Positions 10,705 to 24,355 of a stretch of DNA of 64,000 bases are shown piece after piece. Both the position numbers and the translations under genes were made by a program. How positions within the stretch are numbered: position 1 is the stretch's first letter; every line of letters starts with the position of its first letter. The DNA comes from Lingula anatina. Its lineage: Eukaryota; Animalia; Brachiopoda. Location of the stretch: the NCBI GenBank assembly GCA_051362555.1, contig CM120643.1, forward strand, positions 10,230,001 through 10,294,000, given 5' to 3'. Below the pieces are notes generated by a model that saw only the letters and a list, made by a program, of their open reading frames with translations, searched no databases and had not been told where the DNA came from.

Positions 10705-13700
10705 TTTTTAAAACTTCAACTACCCTTTTTCACTTATTTAGGTCCAGGTGAGTAACCATAAATCTTAGATCTCTGACCCCACAACAATTGGTCACACTTA
10801 ATACACAGAGGAATCTGACAAGTTGGCAAGCTGCCAAATTAATTCAACCATCTCCCATGTGTACAAACATGTGTGGAATTTGAGTGACATTTGTATCTGA
10901 TTGCTTGCAAGCTAACATCAACTCATTATCATTATCTGTGACATGCAAAGCCATTTGACGAAGCAGAGATCGTGTTATCTTTTGGCAAATGTCCAACTTA
11001 AAGAATGTTAAATACCTGTACTTTTAGTAGAACATTAATATGATCATTTGGGAATGTTGTGACACATGCAACACTCAGGATTTTAAAATATAGCCAGCTG
11101 CAATTACATGTCCTTTTACTTAAAAATCAGACAAAACTTCTCTTTTCTTTCTCTCCTGTTTAATTAGTAGAGTTAACAGCATAATTTACAGTTATCTTTT
11201 ATATATGTATGCCATACATTTAAGTTGCGTACGCTAAATGCAATTAAGCGAGAATCCCCGCAGAGTTAGATAATCCAGCTAGTACAATGGTTTATGGGAA
11301 TGCTCCCTTATATACTAATGAGGGAGGAGAATACATAAAATATCATTTGTATGCTACTGGCATACATTGGTAATTTGGGGCTCCAAATAGTTACCAAATA
11401 CACCCCATTTCCATAGATTAGATCGACCTACTTTGGATCGACCTAACTCCCTGGGGGTTCGCGCTGAATAGCTGTCAGCCAGGCGGACACGAAAGTTAAT
11501 TGCCCCTTACGGCTTGTAGTGGGCGGGGACGGACACTTAAGGGGGATTATCTGACGGTAGTCTGGTGAGACTCCCCGCGGTGATAGATCGATCTAAAGTT
11601 GTGGGAATAGACCCATAGTATCATATTATATAAGCTACACAAATGGCTTATTGTTTGGGTTAAACAACAGGTGCTAATTTGCAAGACAAATTTAATGCAC
11701 ATAAAGTTATTGTCTTTCCCTTAATGGTGGAGTTGGATTTAAAGGTATCATCCTATAATACTAATTGAGTGAGATTTTTCTCAGATAGGCTTTTTTTTAC
11801 TTGTATTAGTTACATGTACCTATGCAATTTTTTTCCAATAAATTCATTTTATAATTCATTGTCTCAATTTCATTATTTTCTGAAAAATTTTTCAACAAGA
11901 TTAGTTTTATACCTGCCCCAATTATAGATTTACCTAAACTACTCCATATCTCTTATGAAAAAAAAAAAAAAACAAAAAAACAAAAAAACAAACTTAAAAG
12001 CTGAAACTGGTTTTATTAGAGCCACTCTACTTAAAATGGATGAGTGCCAACAGAGTTCTACAGAGTAATGTGAAGGCTATTATTGAGTACATTATCTGCT
12101 AAAAATGACAACTGCTATGACCTTTACATTGCCATGTAATGGAATTTTAATGTGTCTAGGTGGCTGACATGTCTAACGGAAGTTATGACTGCATCACTGA
12201 ACTGTGTGACTGCACTCCACTTCCCGCCAAAAAAGACGTCATAGCGTCAACATTATGCACTTGAATGATCAAGGCTGCACTGAACAATGTATAACTGCAT
12301 GCAGCTCTTATAACATTTAGCTTTCACAATTTTTAGTCGCGAGTAGGAGTTTTAAAACTGAAATGCACTTCAAGACATTTGGTTGTTCAAAAGCAATAAA
12401 TTCTGAATCACTATGAACATAATTTGGAACAATATTTCAATATTTGTTATATTTAACCACTTAATAAATCTTCTATATGTGAATAATTTAAGTTTTGTAT
12501 AACATACTTGTGTAATCGTGCATCTATTTAGAAATTACCAAGTAGTCTTTTTAATTGTATAACATAATCATTAATATGTGATCAAATATTTAAAGCCTTT
12601 GAAGAACTTTTATTAATCTTATTAGTGTTTGTTTACCACCTGTACCAATGAACAAATAATATGTGTGACCATCTAAAAATGATAATACTTTTTAAAAAAT
12701 ATTCAAACGTATTCTCCAAAATCTTACCTCAAATACAAATGTTGTGACATCATAGACATAGTTATGGACAACTATCCAGCAGGAAGAATATTCGCAGTGG
12801 TCAGACACTTCGTCCATCGTGTAAACAGGCCAATCGGTCATCTTGGCGGATGGACAAGGGTGGCTCTTGGACAGAATTTGACAGTTTTTTTCCCCACTGA
12901 CTGACTGGGTCTTTTCTTTCTGGGACACCTTGCCTGCAGATTTCTTTACAGATCTCAACTTTGCTGATGTTTCTTCTTTGAGAAACTTGGCTGGCTTTTT
13001 TCTTGACAAGGCAAGCTGGACTTCACTTGTCTCGATGTACAGGTTGTTCTCCTTACTGGAAAAAAAAATGCACTGGCGTGATTATAATTCATATGAATAA
13101 GATTGTCCCTTTACAAAACTTTCAAAAAATAAATAAATAATTAAAACAACTAGTGCACATCAATTCAAAGAATAAAAATAACAAAAGAAATCCAACTGAA
13201 GTTCCTCCATTCAAGACCCCCCAATTGAAGCCCCCCCCTCCCCCCCCCCCCCCCCCCCCCCCGTATGTAATACAAATCTATCACATTAAAATTTCCCAAT
13301 AAATTTTCTGTTATCATGAATTCAAAAATAATATTTCCTACTGCTAACACTTACTTCACAACAGTATATGGGCAACTCTCCACATACACTGAAAAAAGGT
13401 TCAGTGAAAGGCTTTCTCTTTTTGAACTCTCTTATGCCACTATCAAATCCACCTATTGCCACCCCAGGGTTGTAACGATGGATCCCTATTCGGTTCTAAT
13501 GATCTCAGCCACCAAGGTATAACGCTTTCCCGCCACATTAAGGTAAAAAACTCGGAGCTGTAGTCTAACATAGCGTTCTGGCACTTCAAAACTAGACAGA
13601 CTAAGAATCCAGCCAAAGGACAGCTTTATATAAGGAGGCAGGCACACAACGTGCTGATGCAATGGCACTTCCCCACACACAATAGCCTATCATGAATATG

Positions 13701-15907
13701 CATGTTGATAATAGCAACATAAAGTATGCACTGGCCCTCACTCTTCCTTATACTGAACAATGGCCCAAGGCACAAGCAAACAAAGCCATAAATATGTATT
13801 GTTATGACTTTCTCTTTGCCACTCTGATATATAATGCTCTTCAAAGACTTTTTAAAATTATTCAAACCAACACTTGGATTATTTTGATAAGAACACCACA
13901 AAGCCCCCCTCCTGTTGTACTGAATGAATGAATAAATGAATGAATGAAGGAATAAATGGCCCCCAAAGATGCCAAAATGCATTTTTGTATTGCATCAGCC
14001 AAGGTATGATACTTTGTAAAAGTCATGCTGACCCCGTATCCTGGTACTATCACTACTATGTCTTGATAATTGAAAATAGTTTATAAATAAATAAAATTCT
14101 GTATGATTTTACAAAGTATCATACCTTGGCTGATGCAATACAAAAATGCATAAATAAATAAATAAATAAATAAATATATAAATAAATAAATAAAATTACT
14201 TGTTCTTCTCTGTTAGAAGCCTTAAATTCTTACTTATAAAATGCAAGAATAAAAAGTTCCTGAAGTGCAGCAGATGACAGTAACTGGAATACATGATGGG
14301 TCTGATATATATCTAATACTGCAATAGTAACTCAAGTGCATATACTAAAAAAATAATAAGAATAAAATTTAAAAAAAAAAGCTGGCATGGCAGTACTTTT
14401 ATGCCAAGGTCTAACACTGGAGTCTCGCATATCAGATGTGGCATACGTCAGTGATGTACAGGTACAGCATTAAGATAGGGCCTACAGATACAGCTCTGTT
14501 GTTTTATAAGCAGTTCATTTACATGATCATATAAAAGCTTAATCTCTGAACCTACTGTTCTCATAAAATTTTTTCGCTTCAGGCAGATATAAATAAACAA
14601 GCTGTTAAAAAAGCTTTTTTTTTCTATTTTAAGGCCTGCTTAAATGGCGAATGAGACAAACTTTTTTAGACAATCCTTAAGGAGAATTTTGAACCACATA
14701 TCTACACCTTTACCATAAAATAGAAATAGTTGGGATAAAAGCATGGGGACGTTTCCAAAGTGTCTGCACTGTGTAAAAACATTGTCATTCATCAAGTTAG
14801 GGAGATGTCTTAATTTGCAATCTAAAGACATCAATGTTTCAGTGATGTGCTTGCTTAATTACCTAATAAATGCAGTATCATAAATAATAAACAACTTCAA
14901 AAGTTTAAGCTAGTGGTTTATCAAATCAGGTTTTATGCCACACCAATATCAAATTTATGACAGAAATTAAAATAAAGACATTCAAATTATTGAAACTAAA
15001 TTTAGTTTCCCAGGCCCTCACTATATTATATAAGAAGTTGCTATAACTTGTACATATGGCCTGTACTATACCCGTGATGGAAAAGTTCAAAAGTTTAAAC
15101 TAGTGGTTTATCAAGTTGGTTACTTGTAAAGTACATATGACCTGTACTATGCACGTGATGCAAAAGTTCACAAGCGCACTTGTGCCAGTAAAGTGGCCAC
15201 GTATGATAATTACTCTGTAAATTTGAACACCTTCATTAAATATCCAATGTTTTCCAAAACAGTTCTTATTGCACATATAGTTGAAAAACCAGTTTATTTT
15301 GTTACACCAACTTATAATTTCTCTGTTAGTTAAACTAACTCGTACACTTGATATGATAGATCTTGGAAAATCATTAAGTACAGGCAATTTTTCAGGAATA
15401 AAGACTTGAAATTCGAAATTACAGAACAGTCACCGTACCCAAAATCTATCAAAGAAGTTCCAAAATCAATAAAAGTGCCTGGCTTCCAGTCCCCACTCTG
15501 ATCCCAGTGACCCAGGAGCTCAGATGTCTAAAACACCAGCTAAAGGACAAGGGCTATGCAAACACAAGTTTTCTTATTCAAATCACATGTTAAGAATGGG
15601 AAACGAGACCTGGTAAAACGTTGGACTTACAATACCTGAAAAGTAACCTGCAGTTATGTAACACCTGAATAGTAACCTGTACATGCATGTATCAAATATG
15701 ATTTAAACCACAAGTTTTATAAGACTTTTCAGTGTTTTTTTTTTTAATCTCTCTTTTTTTTTTTTTTTTTTTTTTTTTTTGGGGGGGGGGGTAAAAGGGG
15801 TCAATTCCAACCATATAGAACTTTTTGAGGAGAATCACAGAATTTTTTTTCGAAAAAAATTGTTACCTGAAAGTTACGTAATCAGGCAAGGTCCTTCTGT
15901 GGGGCAT
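9932..15907 (-). CDS. Cytochrome b5-like heme-binding protein, soluble, with Lys/Ser-rich N-terminal extension (about 187 aa)
   Basis: Exons 15907-15867, 13055-12728, 10419-10291, 9997-9932, phases consistent (564 nt). Domain VYTMDEVSDHCEYSSCWIVVHNYVYDVTTFVFE|HPGGEDIILEHGGRDCTYAFEEKGHS with both heme-ligating His (HPGG, GHS). No C-terminal TM helix. The first coding exon is less certain than the rest. Confidence 0.85.
11403..11612. mobile_element. MITE family C (CCCATT(C/T)CCATA...GATCGATC...GGGAAT termini)
   Basis: Reverse complement of 42251-42448; related partial copy at about 11222-11304. Confidence 0.75.
13977..14151. repeat. Perfect 45-bp inverted repeat (foldback)
   Basis: 13977-14021 ATGCATTTTTGTATTGCATCAGCCAAGGTATGATACTTTGTAAAA is the exact reverse complement of 14107-14151; 85-bp spacer. 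Confidence 0.9.
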
Positions 15908-17165
15908 CACATGTAAAACAATGGCTATGGTACGTCTTCCAGAGATCTTTTTTTAAGGGGAACTATAAAGAATTCAGTTAATACAGGAAAATACCTTTTT
16001 TGTACTTTTTTTCAATTAGCGTCACTTTAACGTGATCCACCCCATATATTTACCTATCTGATCTCATCACTGCCCTGAAGTAACTTACAAATGACCAAGC
16101 TAAATGGAAGGGAGTGGTCACAACACGGGGGGTCAACATCTGATAACTAACTGCAGTGGGCTGCATACAGAAGGTCCCCTGGTCATTCACAGAGTGGACG
16201 TTATACATGCAAAGATATTACTTGCCTCATAAGAATTTAGATTAAGATCAACACATGCCATTCCTTAATGAACTAGATATCCATAAAGATAGGAGAAATG
16301 GACTGCTGAATGCAGGAAATTTAGGCATTCTTTGTTCAAAAATTTGAACCCAAGGTAGCAACTGATAATGATCTTTCAGTTCTTGGCAAGAGGCCAACAT
16401 TTGGCAAGTGTCTATAAATAAAGATTGCATAATTGTTCAGCGGACTGGAAAAATGTCAACAATGACGAAATTCTGCCCATTGTCCTTTTTAGGAAAAACG
16501 CCATTTATTAGTATTCCAAAATTACTGAAAATGTGAATTCACCCTACAATCTTGGACTGGTTTATAATTTTTTTTCAGAAAGTGATCACTCATATGGGCT
16601 TACTCTACTGTCAATGTCAAGGGAACGCTGGGGTATTGTATTGGTATTTGTAATTCTGCCTCTGTTCACAAATGTTTGGGTTTTTGCCAAATTAACGCAT
16701 TTCAAGCAGAATGACGCGGTGGTCAGTTACAGCAATATTGCGACTTGACTTCGTTCTATTTCAGTCCGTTCTTAAAAAAAAAATTCTGCTGTGGTAACTG
16801 GATCAATGAATGACCTTATAGTACATACTAAAATTAAGTATATGCATGTATATAATGACCTTATCAATTCTGAGTAATATTCATTATAATAAATTAGCAT
16901 CTTATATACTTATGAAAATAAAAAATCATAAACAGAATGTGCAACAACACTCAACTACTAATGAAAAGAAATCCCTTTTAACCCGTTTTGTTCGTCAAGG
17001 TTAAAATACAATTAAAAAAATCAAACACACAAAGCAGTTCACAAAGTAAACATTCCGCCACGTGGGGCGCGGAATTTTCAGTCCCTAAATTCGTCTTGAC
17101 AACCACTTAAGCTTAAAGATACTAACTTAGTACTCCAAATTAAATACCTTACACAAGTTACTCAC

Positions 17166-17490
17166 CTTTAGGAATAAACTTCAGAATGATCAGATGTAAT
17201 CTTCACTTATTACTTTAAGAATGCTCCGAACCTTCTACAGTCAACGTTAGCCTTGGGTTTGAGAAGTCTTCGCCGTTGTTCAAGGTCATGAAGGGAGGAG
17301 GGGTACAAATTCTGTGTTCTGATTGGTTGAAATATCGTTCAACGTGACGAGCCCCTTCAGCTTTCTTGGACGCTTGCCAAAATGTTAAAAAAAATGTGCA
17401 CGTGTGAGAGCCTGCTGTCGCTTCATCCAACAAAGGACATAAGTGTAAAAATATGCTTAAACTTTGATGTATTTACAATGATGACGTTGT
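17166..17490 (-). promoter_or_regulatory. Probable promoter and non-coding first exon of the cytochrome b5-like gene
   Basis: Donor AAG|GTGAGT at 17166; CCAAT box (GATTGG near 17321); CACGTG near 17399; TGACG half-sites; locally CpG-rich. Confidence 0.55.
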
Positions 17491-19055
17491 AAATATTTTA
17501 TTTTTTTTTGTTTTGCGCTTGCCATAGGTCATTATCTTTAGAGGTCAGGGTTTTGGCATTTTTATCTTGACCCAAACTATTTTGTACACGTAAACGCGGA
17601 TCAGTTTTCGGACCACATAACATACCCACATTCCACACTGATAATCAGAGCTGACACAAATGTAATTTACTGTAAAATATAGTAGTTATACTCATTTACA
17701 GTTGAATGTATTAACCTTTTTATATTAGTGCAGTGCATTTAATGTGCCATCAAGTTATACAAGCAAATTCCATCAAGTTATACAAGCATTCAGTAGAATG
17801 CATTAGTGGGGATGATAATGAAATTTAATTAAGGTTTTCAGACTTCAAATATTTTTCACTTAGTGGGGTGAGAACACCAAACCATGCTCATCTAATTTAA
17901 CTTTGAACTGCAAACTTGTTTTGTGTATTGAAATGTCCAATTCTAAGTCTTCAATAAAATCATTACTCATTCACAATACAATTATAACAGAACAAATGCA
18001 AATTTACCCTTTCAGATTCATTTATTTACAGATACAACCTCCAGTTTTCTTTTTTCTTATACATAATTTATCATTGATATACAATATTTTGTTTTCAAAA
18101 TAATTCTAAAAAATCTGAAACTTAGTGAACAAATGTACAAGTGCAATAAAAAAATTTAATAAAGACTATAATAAATAAAAATACAACCTAACTAATATTC
18201 AGACTACATTTTATCTTAAAAATAAAGATTCCAACAATTTATGAACTGAAGCTCTAAGACAGGAATGTCTGCTACATGTAACATAGTACAATTTTTATAA
18301 AATACAAATGTAATTTGAAAAAAAAAAGGCATACATGCAAGCCAATCAAATGCCAGAATGTCATAGCTCAGTATATTAGGAATGGTCCTAGCTGGATGTG
18401 AAAGAAATGACCAAATCTAGTTTGGAGAACATAACACATCCATTTTGAACAAAAGGGCTTGTTTCACAAAAATAATTAGTAAGTCTTGGGGCTAATATTT
18501 TAGCTTACTTAGCCTTAACAGACTAAGCTGCAGAAAGAAACTTTTGAGGCTGCTTACCTCTATTTTCAGTCTCTTAAATAAGCTAACTGAACAGTGTTTG
18601 TCTTGATGAAGATCTTTCAATATCACACTTAAGAATGTCAAGCAAATTTATTTTGGGTCAATCATTCTTTAAAGCTCTTAAACCTACATTGTAAAAACTT
18701 CACGTAGGGAGCTACATGTATTTGATTTTAGCAGTCTAAGTTCAATCCAAGAACTGAAGGCTTTTTGTGACATACAAACTAAAGCAAACAGCATAAATTT
18801 TAAGATGGCTTTAGTTCCATCCTTATATGATATTAAAACCAAGTTAAAACCAATCACAACAAACACAACATGGCGGGCCCATGTCACAAAAATAAGATTT
18901 TAGACCAAATTTCAATCTACTACATCCCAAGATTAATCAGCAGTTGTCAAATTAAAATGAAAATTACCCAGTTTTATCACAAGGTGAGAATGGTGAACAT
19001 ATTGGACTGATGTCTATTCTATTTTAAAGAACCACTGCACATTAATCACCATATT

Positions 19056-19223
19056 CAGGCCCGTAGCCAGCAATTTCAAAAGGGGGGTTCTTTTTCTGAA
19101 AAAGTGGACCTTTTCCCATAAAAACTTCATGTACCTAGATCAAATTTTACCCAGAGTGGACCTTTTCCCAGCAAAAGGGGCGGTTCTTTCGAACCCCCCG
19201 AACCCCCCCTGGCTACGGGCCTG
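19056..19223. mobile_element. hAT-like MITE family A, copy 2
   Basis: Same TIR as copy 1; perfect 5-bp TSD ATATT. Confidence 0.9.
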
Positions 19224-20161
19224 ATATTGATCTCAGAGTTCAGACCAACTTTCAGTCTGAAGTGAAACCAGCCCTTTCCCTATATGACTGAGACATTTGG
19301 TCTCTCTGAGGTATGACATGAAGCTTGTTGGGACGGTACAAAGCCTGACAGCTTCTTTTTCAACAGTCTGCTACTTTTACTACCTGTAACTCATCCCTGA
19401 GTCTAAAGAGATTCACAGATGGTCAAGTCTAACAATTTAATATATAAAAAAATTAATTATGAATGGAGAGGATACATATTTTTTGGTGCTGATGAATACC
19501 ACACCATAAACATGATTGAAATATAACATTATCATTTAAATTTATTAAAAAAAATTAAATGAATAACTTACACATCATTATATGTATATAACTATTATAG
19601 CTTATCAAAAGACAAAATGCATGATGCCCAAAATCTGGGAAAATTTCAAAGTTTAAATGACATGTCCACATAATCTCTCTCAATTTACTTAAGTTGGCAT
19701 CCTTTTGCTTGACATGCCTTTTCTAGCAATAGCCAAGTCCTCTTACTATCAATGAACATCTTCAGCTGTATATTAACAGCTGTTGGAGTCCTTTTCACAA
19801 AACAACCGTAGACCGAAAAAAACAAAATTTTAGTCTATATGATCTTACATTGGCTAGCAGTAGTCCAATTAAAGTTCTCCCACTGGGACTGTTTTATAAC
19901 GAAAAAGGACTGCAATTTTAGACCAGTTTCAGCAATGTATTGCATACAAATAGACCAAAATTAAAAAAAAAAAATTAAGTAAAGACCAACATTCTGTTTA
20001 AAATTCTTTTAATGAAATTGACCCCTGCTGTTAAGACTGCGAATGTCACTAACATATACAAGTATTGTCATCGGCATTGGATTTGGCACAGCTGAAAGAA
20101 TTATTGTCTTCCTATCCACAAGAAGTGGGATGTAAACCACTGGGCAATCTCCCAGCATGCC

Positions 20162-20361
20162 TCAGCTTTTACCCATGATGCCTTTAAGAAGCTTCCTGTC
20201 CTTCTCTGAAACTTTTCTCAATTCAGCAGCAAATGTAGATGTTTTGTCCTCTGAAAAAAATCAAGATTGCATTTTGTATAAAATGATTTGCATTTTAAAT
20301 AAAAAATACATAAAAAGTAAAAAAAATAACATATCAAAGAAAGCATTTGTATATTTTAAAA

Positions 20362-20436
<75 letters not shown>

Positions 20437-23400
20437 CTCACCCTCAATAGGCAGTTTACTGTACTGCTTATGTAGATTGTCCAGGAACTCGGAGAACAAA
20501 CTATACAAAACAGGCTGATCCTGAAAAACAAATTTAAATCTCAATGAAATATATATATATAATATTGAAAATATCCATCGGTTTCCAATAGCCATTCAAC
20601 AATTACAATACCTTCCCCAATATCTGACTACAGTTAAAATTATATTTTTTTCACAGCAGGTGCCAAAGTCACATAAACCTTTCATGAAGCTGGAACTAAT
20701 TCATACATTCACCTGAAGTGAAATAAGACAGCGAATAAATAAATTTTTTTTTTCAAGTTTTTCATTTACCCACAAGCTTCATATTCCATGCATGCTAACT
20801 TCTGTGTTTTAAATATGTAGTATAACAGACATGGAACTGGACTTAAAAACATCCCTAGCAATTATTATGGATCTAAAAATTTAATTGGCTGAGGGGCTGT
20901 GGTTACCCGAGTCCCCATCAAAACTGAGGTAAAATCTCAGAAATCTGTGATGCCATGCAGATAAGGAGATTTGAGAATACAGACAACACACAACAGGTCT
21001 GAACCTCAATTCAGGTCCTGGTTTCACAAAAAAAAAAAAAAAAAAAAAAAAAACTTCAGTCAGTTCCCTGGCTTAGTTGACTAGGATTTCCATGAGAGTG
21101 CTGTTACATTGCTTCTGATAGGATAAGATGTGCCCATGTGATCATGTAACCTTGGTAATTAAGTTCTTAGCCAGGAACCTGACTTAAGTTTTTTTTGTGA
21201 AACCAGGGCCAGGATAATTATCTTAACATAAATCCCAAGCCAAATCTACCTCTTCATCTTCACTCCAGCTGTCCCAGTCAGACCCAGCATCTGAAGGATT
21301 TGACATCTGTGACATCAGACGACAACTGCCGCCCTCTACTGAGCCGCCACTTATTGCACTCATGGCACTCTGACGGCCACCAGAGGGCACACTGCACCCA
21401 CTCATGGCGCTCTGCCGGCCAGATAGTTGACCTCCGCTGTTGTTGCTGCCATTGAGAATGAGGGATTCTTGCAACATGGTGTCCGACACTGTCTCAGCTT
21501 CAAGTGAAACAAGGGAAATTTTATTTACCAAAAACATAATAAAAATGTAAGAATTAATTTGATTTGGCCCATTACTGAACTTCATTTTAATGAAAAAATA
21601 AATCCCTGTGAAATAAAAAAAAAGATTGCTTTCCAATCCAGTATCACAAATTTCTTAATGCACAGATATATTGCAACTACCTGATTGAGTGTCTGCACTG
21701 CCAGACCTTGGGTCAATGCAGACTAAAATTATATTCTAAGGGACCATTCCCATAACCCCATCATGCTAGCAGGATCGATCTATCTCCAAGGGGATTCTCT
21801 TTAAGTTGCATTCAGTTAAAGAGTGCATGAAAGTTAATCACCCCCCTAGCAGCTTCAGTGGGTGTGACAGACATTTAAGCTCCTTAAATTGAATGCAATT
21901 TAGCAAGAATTCCCTCTGAGTTAGATCAATCCTACTTGCACAATAGGTTTATGGGAACCCAGTCTAAAAGTTTAGACCAACTACCATTCTAGAATTCCTA
22001 CTGTGAACTCACCCAAGAGCTTGGTTTCCTCTTCCTCAGAGTCTGTGTCATCTTCCACTTTGTCAGTGAAGGGAACAGGAGAGGCTATATCATTGGATAA
22101 GATGACGAGATTCTCATGGGCAGGAAAATTTGGCTTTGTTGTGTCAACCTGGGAATAAAAACAGAGGGTTACTCATCACGTGTCTGTTCTATCTAGGATG
22201 CCCCAAGTTCCAGAGGTTACAGGAAACTCACTGCCATCATGATCATCATGTCTCTGCTTTTAAAACTACCTATGAAACCCAGGGTGATCTGGGACAACTC
22301 TCAATGAATAATGTTGTAGGCAACCAAATTTTAGAATTTTTTTAAAAGGTCTGAGACAGTTTTAATATAATTCTGCATGAAATAATCATCAAATTGACTA
22401 AATAAAATATAAAAATCTAAAAGAAAGTAAGAAAGAAATTTAGAAAAAAGAAAGAAAGAAAGAAAGAAAGAAAAAAGGTAGAAAGACTATTATGGCCTCA
22501 CCATGGATATGCGGGAGCAAACAGCCTGGAACAAGGACTTGAGATGTTGAGGACCAGAGGCAAACTTATTCAAACTGGTATGTAACTCCAACAAGTGGCG
22601 CAAGATGTGGAGCTCCGTACTCTGAAAGACATTTAGTGCTTGAGTTATAACTTAAACAGTTTATTTTAACATTGAGGATTTTTTTTTAGTTTAGAATAAG
22701 AAGTTGGGTGGTTATACATTTATTACCTTTATCATCAATGCATATGAATAAGATTTTTAAAGTTACATACGAAGTATATATTATAAGTTATAAAAATATT
22801 TTGCAAAAATAAAAATTGAAGATAAAAGATACCTTTATGGGTGACATATTAAAAGTCCAGTCAAAATGTACATTTTACTCCAAGGAAACAACAAACACCA
22901 GCTTAATGTTAATCTTAAATCGTACAGAACAAGACTCATTTTAATCATAATCACATTGCTAACCTCTTGCTCAAACTGAGGCTGGAAAACGAATGAGGAC
23001 TCACCCTTGATGACACCAAGTTGGCAATCTCCTGCAGAGCCCATCCTGTATATCTGTTCACCTCCACTGCCCTGTCCTCGTTCAGTCCTTCTTGTCTGAC
23101 CTGCTCTATCAGGTTTGTAGTCATGATTTGGACACTAAATGATAAAAATGACTTTGTAAATAAAAATACTTGAAAGCAACTTGTTTAATTTAGGTGTACT
23201 GAGTCCTGGCAGACTTTGTCCTCAAGCATTGTATGCCAAACATACAAAAATGTGAGATCTTACTAAAATTTTATCAATAATGAAACAATCAATAAAAAAT
23301 AAATAAAACATTTCAGTAAGATTTTTGTCTGAACACTTAAGAAAAAGCATAACAAGTCTTGTTTAGAGAAACGTTATTTTAACATAATTATAAATTTAAA

Positions 23401-24264
23401 GTGATAATGTTCAGTGTATATTTCACTTGCCTAAGTTACTCAATCACAAAATATGCCATTTGGTGGAATAGGTTATAATTAACACTGTGATCAACAGGGT
23501 AACATTTGCTCACTTACTAGTAATTACCATTACAAAACTATATTAGCCACCTTCTCATCATCAACATATTCTCTTGTGTAGTAACAATTTATAGCCTGAT
23601 AACCAGGGTAAACACTTACCATTGCAAAACTGTATTAGCCACCTTCTCATCATCAACATATTCTCTTGTGCAGTAACAATTTATAGCCTGATAACCAGGG
23701 TAAACACTTACCATTGCAAAACTGTATTAGCCACCTTCTCGTCATCAACATATTCTCCTATATAGAACACTGTGACAGGAAGTAAGCTCAGGACATCTGT
23801 GACCTTGGTGACCTTGAGGAAGGGCACCAACACCTGCTGCAGCTCAGACAGCACATGCTTCTCCACCTGCTTAGCACAGTGCTGGACCTTCTCTTCTCTT
23901 GGGGAGAAACTGAAGAAAAAAATATAATGTTTAGATATTGAATAAGTATCCAAGATTCTAATGTAAAATGATGAAACTATTTAAGATTAAATGGGAATTT
24001 TGATAAACAGAAAGTAAATTAATTTAGCATGTATAATTTATACATTTTTCCCTTCTGTTGTACACTGTCTATTCTGTAATGCCTCACTTTATATATTTTA
24101 TTTGTAATAAAACTAGGTTCCCCTTAAGAAATCGTCATACAGTCTTCTATGTCTATAGCTTCATCACACCATGTATGTTATCATGGTTAAAATCAATAAA
24201 ATTCTTTATCTAAGTTGGGAATCCATCCAAAAGTTGTCATATTATCTGTTGTTATACTACTTAC

Positions 24265-24355
<91 letters not shown>

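Noticed and set aside
13490-13680. Possible SINE body
   Set aside because: No recognisable A/B boxes and no second copy in the window.
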